Below are positions 38,045-47,651 of a DNA stretch of 64,000 nucleotides, one piece after another. The stretch lies in the IMG/VR virus record IMGVR_UViG_2541047879_000001; one strand, written 5' to 3'. A program made the position numbers and the translations under genes. Position 1 is the first letter of the stretch; every line of letters begins with the position of its first letter. The DNA comes from a virus. Its lineage: Duplodnaviria > Heunggongvirae > Uroviricota > Caudoviricetes. The notes beneath the pieces were generated by a model, which was not told the DNA's origin, searched no databases, and saw nothing but the letters and a program-made list of their open reading frames with translations.

Positions 38045-38644
38045 ATGGCGCATATACAACTGGTCAAACAAACTTCTTCTGGTTTACTTCTCCCGGCGAC
38101 GCCGGAGAGTTGCGATTTTCTGCATCAAATCAAAATAGGTGAGTGGATACACGCAGACTTTAAGCGTGTGCGTAACTACGCATTCCACAAGCGTTTTTTC
38201 AAACTCCTGCAACTGGGATTCGATTACTGGACTCCGGTCGGTGGGGCGATCACGCCTCGCGAACGAGAACTGCTGTCTGGTTTCGTTGATTACCTGTGCG
38301 AATCAGTTGGTCGGGAACACACGCCAGCCCTGAGTGATGCCGCAGAGCAATACCTTAACACCGTTGCGACTCGTAGAACCCGGGATACGGCGTTGCTAAA
38401 GTCGTTTGAGGCTTTCCGCGAGTGGGTAACCATTCAGGCCGGATTTTACACCGAGCATATTTATCCGGACGGTAGCCGTGGGCGTCGGGCAAAATCCATC
38501 GCTTTTGCGAATATGGACGAAGTCGAGTTTCAGCAGGTTTATAAATCTGTACTGAATGTGCTGTGGAACTGGATTCTGTTCCGTAAATTCTCCTCTCAGG
38601 AGGAAGTTGAAAATGTGGCCGCACAACTACTGGAGTTTGCGTAA
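38045..38644 (+). CDS. Nin-region protein (DUF1367-like)
   Basis: 199-aa ORF upstream of ybcO-like and Q-like genes; family assignment from memory of similar prophage proteins. Confidence 0.5.
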   Translation: MAHIQLVKQTSSGLLLPATPESCDFLHQIKIGEWIHADFKRVRNYAFHKRFFKLLQLGFDYWTPVGGAITPRERELLSGFVDYLCESVGREHTPALSDAAEQYLNTVATRRTRDTALLKSFEAFREWVTIQAGFYTEHIYPDGSRGRRAKSIAFANMDEVEFQQVYKSVLNVLWNWILFRKFSSQEEVENVAAQLLEFA

Positions 38645-38934
38645 TGGTGAATTTACGTAAAGCGGCTAAAGGCCAGATGTGCCAGATCAGAATCCCTGGC
38701 TACTGCAATCACAATCCCGAAACCTCTGTGCTGGCGCATTACAGGCTGGCGGGGACGTGCGGAACAGCGACAAAACCACACGATATGCAGGCGGCGATAG
38801 CCTGTAGCTCATGCCACGATCTAATCGACGGGCGGGTAAAAACCAGCGATTACACCAAAGAAGAATTGCGCCTGATGCATGCTGAAGGGGTTTTTCGCAC
38901 ACAAGAAATCTGGAGAAAGAAAGGTCATTTATGA
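38644..38934 (+). CDS. YbcO-like putative nuclease (DUF1364)
   Basis: 96 aa; MxxLRKAAKGQMCQIRIPGYCNHNPETSVLAHYRL...ACSSCHD closely resembles DLP12 YbcO. Confidence 0.65.
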   Translation: MVNLRKAAKGQMCQIRIPGYCNHNPETSVLAHYRLAGTCGTATKPHDMQAAIACSSCHDLIDGRVKTSDYTKEELRLMHAEGVFRTQEIWRKKGHL

Positions 38935-39473
38935 TTTACCCAACGAATACAGGAAAAAGCGGAGAACACCTTCGCCTCACCACGCTGGAAAGTGTCTGGA
39001 TTCAGGGAAAACTACGTATGTGGGGGCGCTGGTCGTATATTGGCGGTGGCAGGTCAGGGAATATGTTCAATCAGTTGTTGGCATCCAAAAAACTGACGAA
39101 AACAGCCATTAATGAAGCCCTGCGCAGAATGAAAAAAGCGGGAATAGAGAAAGCTGAGCTGGAAGCGTTTTTGCGAGAGATGATCAACGGCAAGCAAAAG
39201 AGCTGGCTGGCGCATTGTACTGATGCAGAGGCGTTATGTATTGATCGAGTCATAAGTGAGGTGCTGGCAGAGCATCCAGGATTGATTTGCATTCTCCGGC
39301 AACGCTATGAAGGGCGGGGGATGACTAAGCGCAAAATGGCTGAATTGCTAAATGATGCACACCCAGAGTGGTGTTTTAGCACATGCGAAAAACGGATTGC
39401 TAATTGGTTAGCTGTTGCTGAGTATGCCCTATATATTCCCATGCGTGAATCATTTGCTGAGAAAATGGCTTGA
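38931..39473 (+). CDS. Putative late-gene antiterminator Q
   Basis: 180-aa ORF at the Q position (after nin genes, before terminator and lysis cassette); cysteine-containing C-terminal half; assignment mainly positional. Confidence 0.5.
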   Translation: MIYPTNTGKSGEHLRLTTLESVWIQGKLRMWGRWSYIGGGRSGNMFNQLLASKKLTKTAINEALRRMKKAGIEKAELEAFLREMINGKQKSWLAHCTDAEALCIDRVISEVLAEHPGLICILRQRYEGRGMTKRKMAELLNDAHPEWCFSTCEKRIANWLAVAEYALYIPMRESFAEKMA

Positions 39474-39552
39474 TTTCTTACGTATAAACTGCTTCAATTT
39501 TGCTATGCTTCGCAAAGCTGTATCGCGAGGCGGATTGCAGACATGGACATCG

Positions 39553-39581
39553 TAAAAAAACCGCTTAATGCGGTTTTTTTA
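39553..39581 (+). terminator. Intrinsic terminator-like hairpin downstream of Q
   Basis: AAAAAAACCGC-TTAAT-GCGGTTTTTTT: GC stem flanked by A-tract and T-tract. Confidence 0.55.
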
Positions 39582-39902
39582 CGTCAGGAAAGCAGGGGAG
39601 AATGCTGCTAGTTGGGCAACTGGTCTTTCTGCTCCAAATTATAACAGAGACCAGTTATAGTTTCGGTGCTGTGTTTTTTTTACAATATTGTGATAACACA
39701 TTGCTGGCGGGAGTTTTGATATTTCTTGGCAGGGGCTGATGATGCGTTATCCTGATGTCGTCAACTCATATAAAATGAGATGAGAGATCATTGCAGGGTG
39801 GTTTGTAATTCGCTGTTTAGCGGGACAATATGTTGTCTGATACAAGACACCCGACGCCTCAGATTACTATAATAAAGACGAAGCATCCTTTGTATTGACC
39901 AA

Positions 39903-39927
39903 CCGCCTGTTTAGGCGGTTCTTTTTG
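39903..39927 (+). terminator. Intrinsic terminator (candidate tR')
   Basis: CCGCCT-GTTT-AGGCGG followed by TTCTTTTT. Confidence 0.5.
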
Positions 39928-40458
39928 GGCTGGTTTATTGTATGCCAAATGATTATTAAAAAGGTTGTGTTAATAACAAAACCCGAAATAATATGCCTGC
40001 ATATTTTTATCTTGCTTATATTCTGCATATTGTGCATAGCAGGCTCATCCCTGCAATCAAAACTGTATGATGAGTATTTTTTGTTTTCCTTTTTTCCAGT
40101 CATCTGATGATGACCTGCTTCTTTTTAATCCGGATCGACATCAGTTTTTTAAGATAATTCCTGCGAGTTATATGCATAAATACCACAAACTCCGCATTTT
40201 ATGTGGTTGGGAGTTGCCGGGCGCGCAGTGAGTTTGCTAAGAAAACTCCTGCATGGTGAATCCCCCTGTGCGGTGGGGTGATACCATTAACCTTTTCTGT
40301 CGCCGACAGGTATCACGAACATTTTGTTCACCGGGAGGCACCCGGCACCATGCACTTCAATAGATTCTCTCCACATTATGGATATTCTTTCAGAATATCC
40401 CACGCAGACTTTGTGTAAATGTTAACAAATGTGCGTTTTATTTGATCTGATTCGCTGT

Positions 40459-40488
40459 TTGAGCGTCCAAAACAACGGTATATATAAT
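40459..40488 (+). promoter_or_regulatory. Candidate sigma70 promoter of TolA-like moron
   Basis: -35 TTGAGC (40459-40464), 18-bp spacer, -10 TATAAT (40483-40488), ~30 nt before start codon 40518. Confidence 0.45.
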
Positions 40489-40517
40489 CCTTTACTATAT
40501 GACATATGTGAGGAAAA

Positions 40518-40946
40518 ATGGGTTTTCGTAGCGCATCAATTCTTACGTTGATTATTAGTGGGATTATTATCGGGTGCACTGATGCTGTATCGACAAATTA
40601 TCATGACCGTACATCATATTACTCCGATAAAGCAATAGAGACACAGTATGTGAGTTCATCTGAACGTACTTCTGATGTTAGTGAGGATATCCGTCTGTAT
40701 GCCCATCAAATCAAGAGCGCCATCGAAAAACAGTTCGGGGATGCGAGTAAGTATTCAGGAAAAGAGTGTACACTGAGAATGCATATGGCCCCGAATGGCC
40801 TTCTACTGGAGGTTAAAAGAGAAAGTGGAGACCTCGATTTATGTCGTGAAGCGATGAATGCGATAAAGAATGCTGATATACCTGCCCCCCCTTCGCCGGA
40901 AGTATATAAAGTATTTCAAAATGGGGTGCTGGATTTTAAACCCTGA
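40518..40946 (+). CDS. Lipoprotein with TolA C-terminal domain III-like fold
   Basis: 142 aa; signal peptide with lipobox IIGC; C-terminus YAHQIKSAIEKQFGDASKYSGKECTLRMHMAPNGLLLEVKRESGDLDLCREAMNAIKNADIPAPPSPEVYKVFQNGVLDFKP aligns closely with the E. coli TolA C-terminal domain. Confidence 0.7.
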   Translation: MGFRSASILTLIISGIIIGCTDAVSTNYHDRTSYYSDKAIETQYVSSSERTSDVSEDIRLYAHQIKSAIEKQFGDASKYSGKECTLRMHMAPNGLLLEVKRESGDLDLCREAMNAIKNADIPAPPSPEVYKVFQNGVLDFKP

Positions 40947-41096
40947 TATTTATTGTTTTGTAATAAACGGTTTCGGCTTAGGTTTGTTCTGACACAGCTA
41001 CGGCACTGAGCTAAATTTAGCGGATAGTCAGCTCTGAGCCAGTGGCGGACGTAACAACTACTATTGCTGAGATTTTAATGGATTGAGGAGCAAGAA

Positions 41097-41492
41097 GTGG
41101 GATTAAAGAAAATCGTTATGTTGACTTTTTGGGTCGGTTTTGTTGCGGGATGCACACCTTTACACCCTTCAGATTGCCACAAAACTACTGCTACAGGTAG
41201 TTGCAGTTCAGGACGCTGGGATGATCAGGATGAATGGGGGGCGCAAGCGCGGGGAATCAGAGCTGCAATTAATGCCAAACTTGATGAGCCGCATAACTGG
41301 AAAGGGAAAAAATGCAGGTTGCATATGGAATTCTCTCAGGATGGCACGGCGTTAAAAATATCTACCAGTAACGGTGATAAAGCCTATTGCGAAGCGATAA
41401 AGTCCGCAGCTCATAAAGCCAAATTTCCGGCCTTCAACAATCCGGAAGTCTACAGAGATTTTCAGAAATCTGGCTTTGACATGCGAGGTTAG
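41097..41492 (+). CDS. Second TolA domain III-like lipoprotein (divergent paralogue)
   Basis: 131 aa; GTG start with GAGGAG SD; lipobox VAGC; C-terminus KKCRLHMEFSQDGTALKISTSNGDKAYCEAIKSAAHKAKFPAFNNPEVYRDFQKSGFD follows the same pattern. Confidence 0.6.
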   Translation: MGLKKIVMLTFWVGFVAGCTPLHPSDCHKTTATGSCSSGRWDDQDEWGAQARGIRAAINAKLDEPHNWKGKKCRLHMEFSQDGTALKISTSNGDKAYCEAIKSAAHKAKFPAFNNPEVYRDFQKSGFDMRG

Positions 41493-41617
41493 CTCTTCAA
41501 TTACTATATCTCATTCATAGCAAACTGACAGATTTGATGATGTTCTATATACGAAACCTGTGATGTCAAGTCTGAGCTAATACAAATAAACATAATATCA
41601 GAGAAATACATTTTATT

Positions 41618-41641
41618 AGCTCGCTACGGCGAGCTTTTTAT
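41618..41641 (+). terminator. Intrinsic terminator closing the moron, upstream of holin
   Basis: AGCTCGC-TACG-GCGAGCT followed by TTTTTA. Confidence 0.55.
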
Positions 41642-41743
41642 ATTGCATCGTCTCCAGCATATATATCAATTAAGGCTCTGATTGATGTGTCTGAAAGCCT
41701 ACACATAATAACTATGCCATCCGTTCCGTGCGGAGGTGAGGCT

Positions 41744-41959
41744 ATGAAATCCATGGACAAAATTTCAACAGGCATTGCCTACGGCACCTCCGCAGGCAGT
41801 GCTGGCTACTGGTTTTTACAGTTGCTCGATAGAGTAACTCCGTCACAGTGGGCTGCAATCGGTGTGCTGGGTAGTCTGGTATTTGGCCTGCTGACGTACC
41901 TGACAAACCTTTATTTCAAGATTAAAGAAGATAAGCGCAAGGCTGCGAGAGGTGAATAA
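41744..41959 (+). CDS. Class II holin / pinholin (S21-like)
   Basis: 71 aa from [28 protein letters not shown]...; dual-start MKSM motif; two TM segments. Confidence 0.8.
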   Translation: MKSMDKISTGIAYGTSAGSAGYWFLQLLDRVTPSQWAAIGVLGSLVFGLLTYLTNLYFKIKEDKRKAARGE

Positions 41960-42456
41960 TGCCTCCATCATTACGAAAAGTCGTTGCTGCTGCTATTGGT
42001 GGCGGAGCAATTGCTATAGCATCAGTGTTAATCACTGGCCCAAGTGGTAACGATGGTCTGGAAGGTGTCAGCTACATACCATACAAAGATATTGTTGGTG
42101 TATGGACTGTATGTCACGGGCATACAGGAAAAGACATCATGCTCGGTAAAACGTATACCAAAGCAGAATGCAAAACACTCTTGAATAAAGACCTTGCCAC
42201 GGTCGCCAGACAAATTAACCCGTACATCAAAGTCGATATACCGGAAACAACGCGCGGCGCTCTTTACTCATTCGTTTACAACGTGGGTGCTGGCAATTTC
42301 AGAACATCGACGCTTCTTCGCAAAATAAACCAGGGCGATATCAAAGGCGCATGTGATCAGCTACGTCGCTGGACATATGCTGGCGGTAAGCAATGGAAAG
42401 GTCTCATGACTCGTCGTGAGATTGAGCGTGAAATCTGTTTGTGGGGTCAGCAATGA
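41959..42456 (+). CDS. SAR endolysin (R21-like lysozyme)
   Basis: 165 aa; N-terminal SAR domain [18 protein letters not shown] and catalytic region closely matching phage 21 R. Confidence 0.85.
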   Translation: MPPSLRKVVAAAIGGGAIAIASVLITGPSGNDGLEGVSYIPYKDIVGVWTVCHGHTGKDIMLGKTYTKAECKTLLNKDLATVARQINPYIKVDIPETTRGALYSFVYNVGAGNFRTSTLLRKINQGDIKGACDQLRRWTYAGGKQWKGLMTRREIEREICLWGQQ

Positions 42457-42917
42457 ACAGAGTAACCGCGATTATCTCCGCTCTGGTTATCTGCATCGTC
42501 GTCTGCCTGTCATGGGGTGTTAATCATTACCGTGATAACGCCATCGCCTACAAAGAACAGCGCGACAAAAATGCCAGAGAACTGAAGCTGGCGAACGCGG
42601 CAATTACTGACATGCAGATGCGTCAGCGTGATGTTGCTGCGCTCGATGCAAAATACACGAAGGAGTTAGCTGATGCGAAAGCTGAAAATGATGTTCTGCG
42701 TGATGATGTTGCCGCTGGTCGTCGTCGGTTGCACATCAAAGCAGTCTGTCAGTCAGTGCGTGAAGCCACCACCGCCTCCGGCGTGGATAATGCAGCCTCC
42801 CCCCGACTGGCAGACACCGCTGAACGGGATTATTTCACCCTCCGGGAACGACTGGTAATGATGCAGGCCCAACTTGAAGGTGCTCAGCAATACATAACCG
42901 AGCAGTGTTTAAAGTAA
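42453..42917 (+). CDS. i-spanin Rz
   Basis: N-terminal TM ([14 protein letters not shown]) and coiled-coil periplasmic domain; contains embedded Rz1 frame. Confidence 0.7.
   Translation: MNRVTAIISALVICIVVCLSWGVNHYRDNAIAYKEQRDKNARELKLANAAITDMQMRQRDVAALDAKYTKELADAKAENDVLRDDVAAGRRRLHIKAVCQSVREATTASGVDNAASPRLADTAERDYFTLRERLVMMQAQLEGAQQYITEQCLK
42673..42858 (+). CDS. o-spanin Rz1 (embedded lipoprotein)
   Basis: 61 aa in +1 frame inside Rz; lipobox VVGC; proline-rich mature peptide [16 protein letters not shown]. Confidence 0.7.
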   Translation: MRKLKMMFCVMMLPLVVVGCTSKQSVSQCVKPPPPPAWIMQPPPDWQTPLNGIISPSGNDW

Positions 42918-43054
42918 AATCTTAACTACAATATGATTCATTTTGATGATTGTTTCATAAGGAACAGTGAAGTAAGATCTAAGAGGAGTTAAATTTTATA
43001 CAGTATAATCATAATATTGCAGCAAGGTGGTTATAATTGAAAGAATATTTAGAT

Positions 43055-44512
43055 ATGAATACATCTCATGTAAGAGTTGTTACTCATATGTGTGGGTTCC
43101 TGGTTTGGCTCTATAGTCTTTCAATGTTGCCACCAATGGTTGTAGCATTGTTTTATAAAGAAAAAAGCCTGTTCGTTTTCTTTATAACTTTCGTTATATT
43201 TTTTTGCATTGGTGGCGGAGCGTGGTATACAACTAAGAAATCTGGCATTCAATTACGTACCCGTGATGGGTTTATTATAATTGTAATGTTTTGGATTTTG
43301 TTTTCTGTTATTAGTGCATTCCCTTTATGGATTGACTCAGAACTTAATTTAACGTTCATTGATGCTCTGTTTGAAGGGGTTTCTGGAATAACAACAACAG
43401 GAGCAACTGTAATTGATGATGTTAGTTCATTACCTCGGGCATATTTGTACTATCGGTCACAGTTAAATTTTATAGGTGGTTTAGGAGTTATTGTTCTGGC
43501 GGTTGCTGTATTGCCATTATTGGGTATTGGTGGTGCAAAGCTTTATCAGTCAGAAATGCCGGGGCCATTTAAGGATGACAAACTCACTCCCCGCCTGGCC
43601 GATACGTCACGGACACTGTGGATAACTTATTCTTTATTAGGTATTGCTTGTATTGTCTGTTATAGACTTGCAGGAATGCCTTTGTTTGATGCTATTTGTC
43701 ACGGGATTTCCACAGTTTCGCTTGGTGGTTTCTCAACTCATAGCGAGAGTATCGGATATTTTAATAACTATTTGGTTGAGCTGGTGGCTGGTTCTTTTTC
43801 CCTGCTATCGGCTTTCAACTTCACTCTTTGGTATATTGTTATTAGCAGGAAAACGATAAAACCTTTAATCAGAGATATTGAACTTCGTTTCTTTCTGTTA
43901 ATAGCCTTAGGGGTGATCATTGTTACCTCTTTCCAGGTCTGGCATATAGGTATGTATGACTTGCATGGAAGTTTTATTCATTCGTTTTTTCTTGCCAGCT
44001 CCATGCTCACTGATAATGGTTTAGCTACGCAGGATTATGCAAGTTGGCCCACGCACACGATAGTGTTTTTGCTGTTGTCAAGTTTCTTTGGGGGATGTAT
44101 AGGTTCAACTTGTGGTGGAATTAAGTCACTTCGATTTCTTATACTTTTCAAACAAAGCAAACACGAGATAAATCAGCTTTCTCATCCCAGAGCGTTGTTG
44201 AGTGTAAATGTAGGAGGGAAGATAGTTACAGATCGTGTAATGAGGTCTGTATGGAGTTTCTTTTTTCTTTATACTCTCTTCACGGTGTTTTTTATACTGG
44301 TGTTAAATGGTATGGGATATGATTTTCTTACATCATTTGCAACAGTGGCTGCATGTATTAATAATATGGGATTAGGTTTTGGGGCTACTGCATCGTCATT
44401 CGGAGTGCTTAATGACATTGCAAAATGTTTAATGTGCATAGCTATGATTCTTGGTCGCCTTGAAATTTATCCTGTTATTATATTGTTTTCAGGTTTTTTT
44501 TGGCGCTCCTAA
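43055..44512 (+). CDS. trkG: Trk-system potassium uptake protein TrkG
   Basis: 485 aa from MNTSHVRVVTHM...; multi-TM TrkH-family protein matching Rac trkG; AT-rich cargo gene. Confidence 0.85.
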   Translation: MNTSHVRVVTHMCGFLVWLYSLSMLPPMVVALFYKEKSLFVFFITFVIFFCIGGGAWYTTKKSGIQLRTRDGFIIIVMFWILFSVISAFPLWIDSELNLTFIDALFEGVSGITTTGATVIDDVSSLPRAYLYYRSQLNFIGGLGVIVLAVAVLPLLGIGGAKLYQSEMPGPFKDDKLTPRLADTSRTLWITYSLLGIACIVCYRLAGMPLFDAICHGISTVSLGGFSTHSESIGYFNNYLVELVAGSFSLLSAFNFTLWYIVISRKTIKPLIRDIELRFFLLIALGVIIVTSFQVWHIGMYDLHGSFIHSFFLASSMLTDNGLATQDYASWPTHTIVFLLLSSFFGGCIGSTCGGIKSLRFLILFKQSKHEINQLSHPRALLSVNVGGKIVTDRVMRSVWSFFFLYTLFTVFFILVLNGMGYDFLTSFATVAACINNMGLGFGATASSFGVLNDIAKCLMCIAMILGRLEIYPVIILFSGFFWRS

Positions 44513-44649
44513 TATATGGCTGATTTATAATTGTGAGTTTAATATTATGTTGACTCACTCATTGATCCAATACCTAACTTTACCAGCAACCCCTCCGTCC
44601 CCAGTAGCACTGGCTGCTGGGGTGCGTTTTATTCATAAAGCAAGGCTGT

Positions 44650-45441
44650 ATGAGCGAGAAATTAAAGATAGTCTATCGCCCATTACAAGAATTGTCACCG
44701 TATGCGCACAACGCCAGGACGCACAGCCCTGAGCAGGTGGCACAACTGGTAGAAAGTATTAAGCAATTCGGCTGGACTAATCCGGTGCTGATTGACGAAA
44801 AGGGCGAAATTATTGCGGGTCACGGTCGTGTTATGGCGGCTGAAATGCTCAAAATGGATTCTGTTCCGGTCATTGTTCTGTCTGGCCTGACGGATGAGCA
44901 GAAAAAGGCGTACCGCCTGGCAGATAATCGCCTGCCGATGAATGCTGGCTGGGATGAAGATCTGTTGCGGATGGAGCTGTCGGACCTAATCAATGCTGAT
45001 TTTGATGTCTCCCTGACAGGCTTCATCCCGACAGAAATTGATGAACTGTTGACGGATGTTTTGCCCGGTACAGGAAATGAGGAGGAGCCGTATACGACGA
45101 AAATTGATACGCCTGTTTATGAGCCGTCGGGCGGTAAACCGGATATCAGTGAACTGTACGACGATACGAAAACTCAGGAGCTGATCAGCCGGATACGTTC
45201 GGCGTCCCTTGAGCCTGATATTGAGAAATTCCTCCTGTGTGCGGCAGAACGTCACACGGTGTTTAATTTCAGCAGAATTGCGGACTATTACGCTCACGCC
45301 CCCTCTGAAATTCAGTGTTTTTTCGAGGAGTCGGCGCTGGTGATCATTGATTATCAGCAGGCTATTGAAAATGGATTTGTCCGGATGACGCAGCGCATGG
45401 TGGAGATCATGCATGGTGGTGAGGAGGAGGAATATGCGTGA
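44650..45441 (+). CDS. ParB-like nuclease domain protein (intact YnaK-like)
   Basis: 263 aa; N-terminal ParB/sulfiredoxin-like motif ...PVLIDEKGEIIAGHGRVMAA... Confidence 0.7.
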   Translation: MSEKLKIVYRPLQELSPYAHNARTHSPEQVAQLVESIKQFGWTNPVLIDEKGEIIAGHGRVMAAEMLKMDSVPVIVLSGLTDEQKKAYRLADNRLPMNAGWDEDLLRMELSDLINADFDVSLTGFIPTEIDELLTDVLPGTGNEEEPYTTKIDTPVYEPSGGKPDISELYDDTKTQELISRIRSASLEPDIEKFLLCAAERHTVFNFSRIADYYAHAPSEIQCFFEESALVIIDYQQAIENGFVRMTQRMVEIMHGGEEEEYA

Positions 45442-46366
45442 TGATTTTTGCGCCTTTATTCTGACTCACGGGCGACCGGACAAAGTTCTGACTTACCGGA
45501 CGTTGCGTCGTGCTGGCTATACCGGGAAAATTTTTATCGTTGTTGATGATGAAGATAAGACACGGAATCAGTACATGGCTGAATTTGGTGAACAGGTGCT
45601 GGTGTTTTCCAAAGCCGATATCGCCAGTCGTTTTGACGAAGCCGATAATTTCTGTGACCGCCGCTCAATTTTTTACGCCCGTAATGCCTGTTTCGACCTG
45701 GCAAAACTGGTCGGGTGTAAATACTTCATTCAGCTCGATGATGATTATCACGAGTTCCAGTTTCGGGTGGATCGCAACTATGACCAGGCCTATTTTCCGA
45801 TAAGGAAACTGGATGCGATCCTTTCTGAAATGCTGGCGTACTACGAATCAATACCTGCTCTTTCCATCGCTATGTCGCAGGGCGGGGATTTTCTTGGTGA
45901 CAATGGCGGCCATGCTTCGTGGGTGAAACGCAAGGCAATGAACAGCTTTATCTGTTCGGTTGATCGACCGTTCTCATTCATGGGGCGCATTAACGAGGAT
46001 GTGAATACGTACACGAATCTCGGTCGCTGTGGTGAATTGTTTATGACGATCGGTGCTGTCCAGTTAGGGCAGAAACAGACGCAGAAAAACAGCGGCGGAA
46101 TGACCGAGCTGTATCTGGATTCCGGAACCTACGTTAAAAGTTTTTACTCCGTCATGTATGCGCCGTCGTGCGTAAAAATCTCACTGATGGGTGCCAGCCA
46201 TAAACGCATTCACCATCAGGTCACCTGGAACAACGCTGCAGTAAAAATCCTTCACGAAAAATACAGGAAGAAGACACCCTGCATATCAATGGGGGTGACA
46301 AATGATTCCGTATTCGAAAGTCGAGTCTCTGGCAGCGTGCCGGATGACTGCACAACAAATCGCTGA
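45434..46366 (+). CDS. Hypothetical protein (YdaY-position), function unknown
   Basis: Start at ATG 45434 with GGAGGAGG SD; 310 aa; the N-terminal beta-alpha-beta with DDED loosely recalls a GT-A-like fold (unverified). Confidence 0.45.
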   Translation: MRDDFCAFILTHGRPDKVLTYRTLRRAGYTGKIFIVVDDEDKTRNQYMAEFGEQVLVFSKADIASRFDEADNFCDRRSIFYARNACFDLAKLVGCKYFIQLDDDYHEFQFRVDRNYDQAYFPIRKLDAILSEMLAYYESIPALSIAMSQGGDFLGDNGGHASWVKRKAMNSFICSVDRPFSFMGRINEDVNTYTNLGRCGELFMTIGAVQLGQKQTQKNSGGMTELYLDSGTYVKSFYSVMYAPSCVKISLMGASHKRIHHQVTWNNAAVKILHEKYRKKTPCISMGVTNDSVFESRVSGSVPDDCTTNR

Positions 46367-46553
46367 CGTTCTGGATGTTGATCTGAACCGACTGAAAGAA
46401 AATCGGGAAGCAATGACAGATTTTTATGCGGCCATCCGTAAGGGCAGAGCGAAAGGTGAAGCCGAGTTACGAGCGGCATTGTTTAAGCTTGCCAGAAAAG
46501 GGGATGCCTTTGCTCTGCGCGAACTACTCAGGGTGGATAAAAATCAGGACTAA
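46302..46553 (+). CDS. Small hypothetical protein upstream of terminase
   Basis: 83-aa ORF with SD GGGGGTGA; HTH-like segment. Confidence 0.35.
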   Translation: MIPYSKVESLAACRMTAQQIADVLDVDLNRLKENREAMTDFYAAIRKGRAKGEAELRAALFKLARKGDAFALRELLRVDKNQD

Positions 46554-46556
46554 CTG

Positions 46557-47651
46557 ATGAGCAGACCGGACTGGGGGGCGTTGCAGCAGGAGTATATTGC
46601 TGAATACACCCGCTCCGGTATATCTCCGGTGGCATGGTGTGAAGCAAGGGGACTGAATTACGCAACAGCCCGTCGTTACATCAAAAAAACTCCGAAAAAT
46701 GCGCAGACAGAAATGTGCAAAACTGCGCAAAAAAGTGCGCAGAAAAAATCTGCGCAGACTGCACAAAAGCGGAACGAAAAATCTCAGGAAAAAAAGCCAG
46801 TATTCGATGCGGGCCTGAATGAGGGCGACGCGGAGGAATTTTCGTTCTGTCCCGATGAATTCGGCATTTCTGACCAGCAGGCTAAGTTTGCGATGCTTGT
46901 TGCTCAGGGTAAAAAGCCGACAGAGGCGTACCGACTAGCCGGTTATGAGGGGCAAGGTGCGACAGCTAACAGCAACGCCAGTCGTATGCTTAGAAATGCC
47001 AGGGTTTTTCGCGCTATCAGCTACTTCCGCAATCAGTACCAGAAACGCTATACCGCAGACCTGGATTTACTAGTGAGTCAGTTGATGGCTATTGTCCTGG
47101 CCGACCCCAATCAGCTTGCACAATTTCGCCGTGTTAACTGCCGTTATTGCTGGGGCGAGAATCATCTCTACCAGTGGCGCGATATAGCAGAATTCGACAA
47201 GGCAGCGGCGCAGGCTTCCAGAGATGGCAAACCCGAACCGGAATATGGAGGCCTCGGCTTTGTTGATAACGCCATACCCAATCCGGACTGCCCGAAGTGC
47301 TGCGGTGAGGGAACGGGACAGCTTTATATGGCTGATACCACTCTGCTTGATGGGGATGCGCGGCAATTATATGCAGGGGCAAAATTCGGAAAATTCGGCG
47401 TTGAGATCCTGCTGGAGGATAAGGCTGCCGCCCGGCGTGAATTGTTGCGTTTGTTTTCTGCTGGCGGGGCTTTATGTGCAGATAAACGGCTACAGGAACT
47501 GGAAATTGAACGGCGCAGAATGGAAAACCAGAAGCTGCGCAAAGAGATCGAAACGGTGGAAGATAATGAACATCCCCAGCCTGTGGCGATCAATATTAAT
47601 GTGGTTGATGCCAGAGTAAGGAGTGATGAAGATGATCTCTCCGACGCTTAA
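46557..47651 (+). CDS. Putative terminase small subunit
   Basis: 364 aa directly upstream of terminase large subunit; N-terminal HTH-like region, basic linker, C-terminal coiled coil. Confidence 0.55.
   Translation: MSRPDWGALQQEYIAEYTRSGISPVAWCEARGLNYATARRYIKKTPKNAQTEMCKTAQKSAQKKSAQTAQKRNEKSQEKKPVFDAGLNEGDAEEFSFCPDEFGISDQQAKFAMLVAQGKKPTEAYRLAGYEGQGATANSNASRMLRNARVFRAISYFRNQYQKRYTADLDLLVSQLMAIVLADPNQLAQFRRVNCRYCWGENHLYQWRDIAEFDKAAAQASRDGKPEPEYGGLGFVDNAIPNPDCPKCCGEGTGQLYMADTTLLDGDARQLYAGAKFGKFGVEILLEDKAAARRELLRLFSAGGALCADKRLQELEIERRRMENQKLRKEIETVEDNEHPQPVAININVVDARVRSDEDDLSDA

Noticed and set aside
39867-40107. Overlapping 70-78-aa ORFs on both strands in the AT-rich region after the second terminator
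   Set aside because: Mutually overlapping, no ribosome-binding site recognised, highly hydrophobic low-complexity translations; cannot be supported without expression data
40518-41492. Possibility that the Q-S cargo genes are Shiga-toxin-like
   Set aside because: Neither protein resembles an RNA N-glycosidase A subunit or a pentameric B subunit; both align to TolA domain III instead
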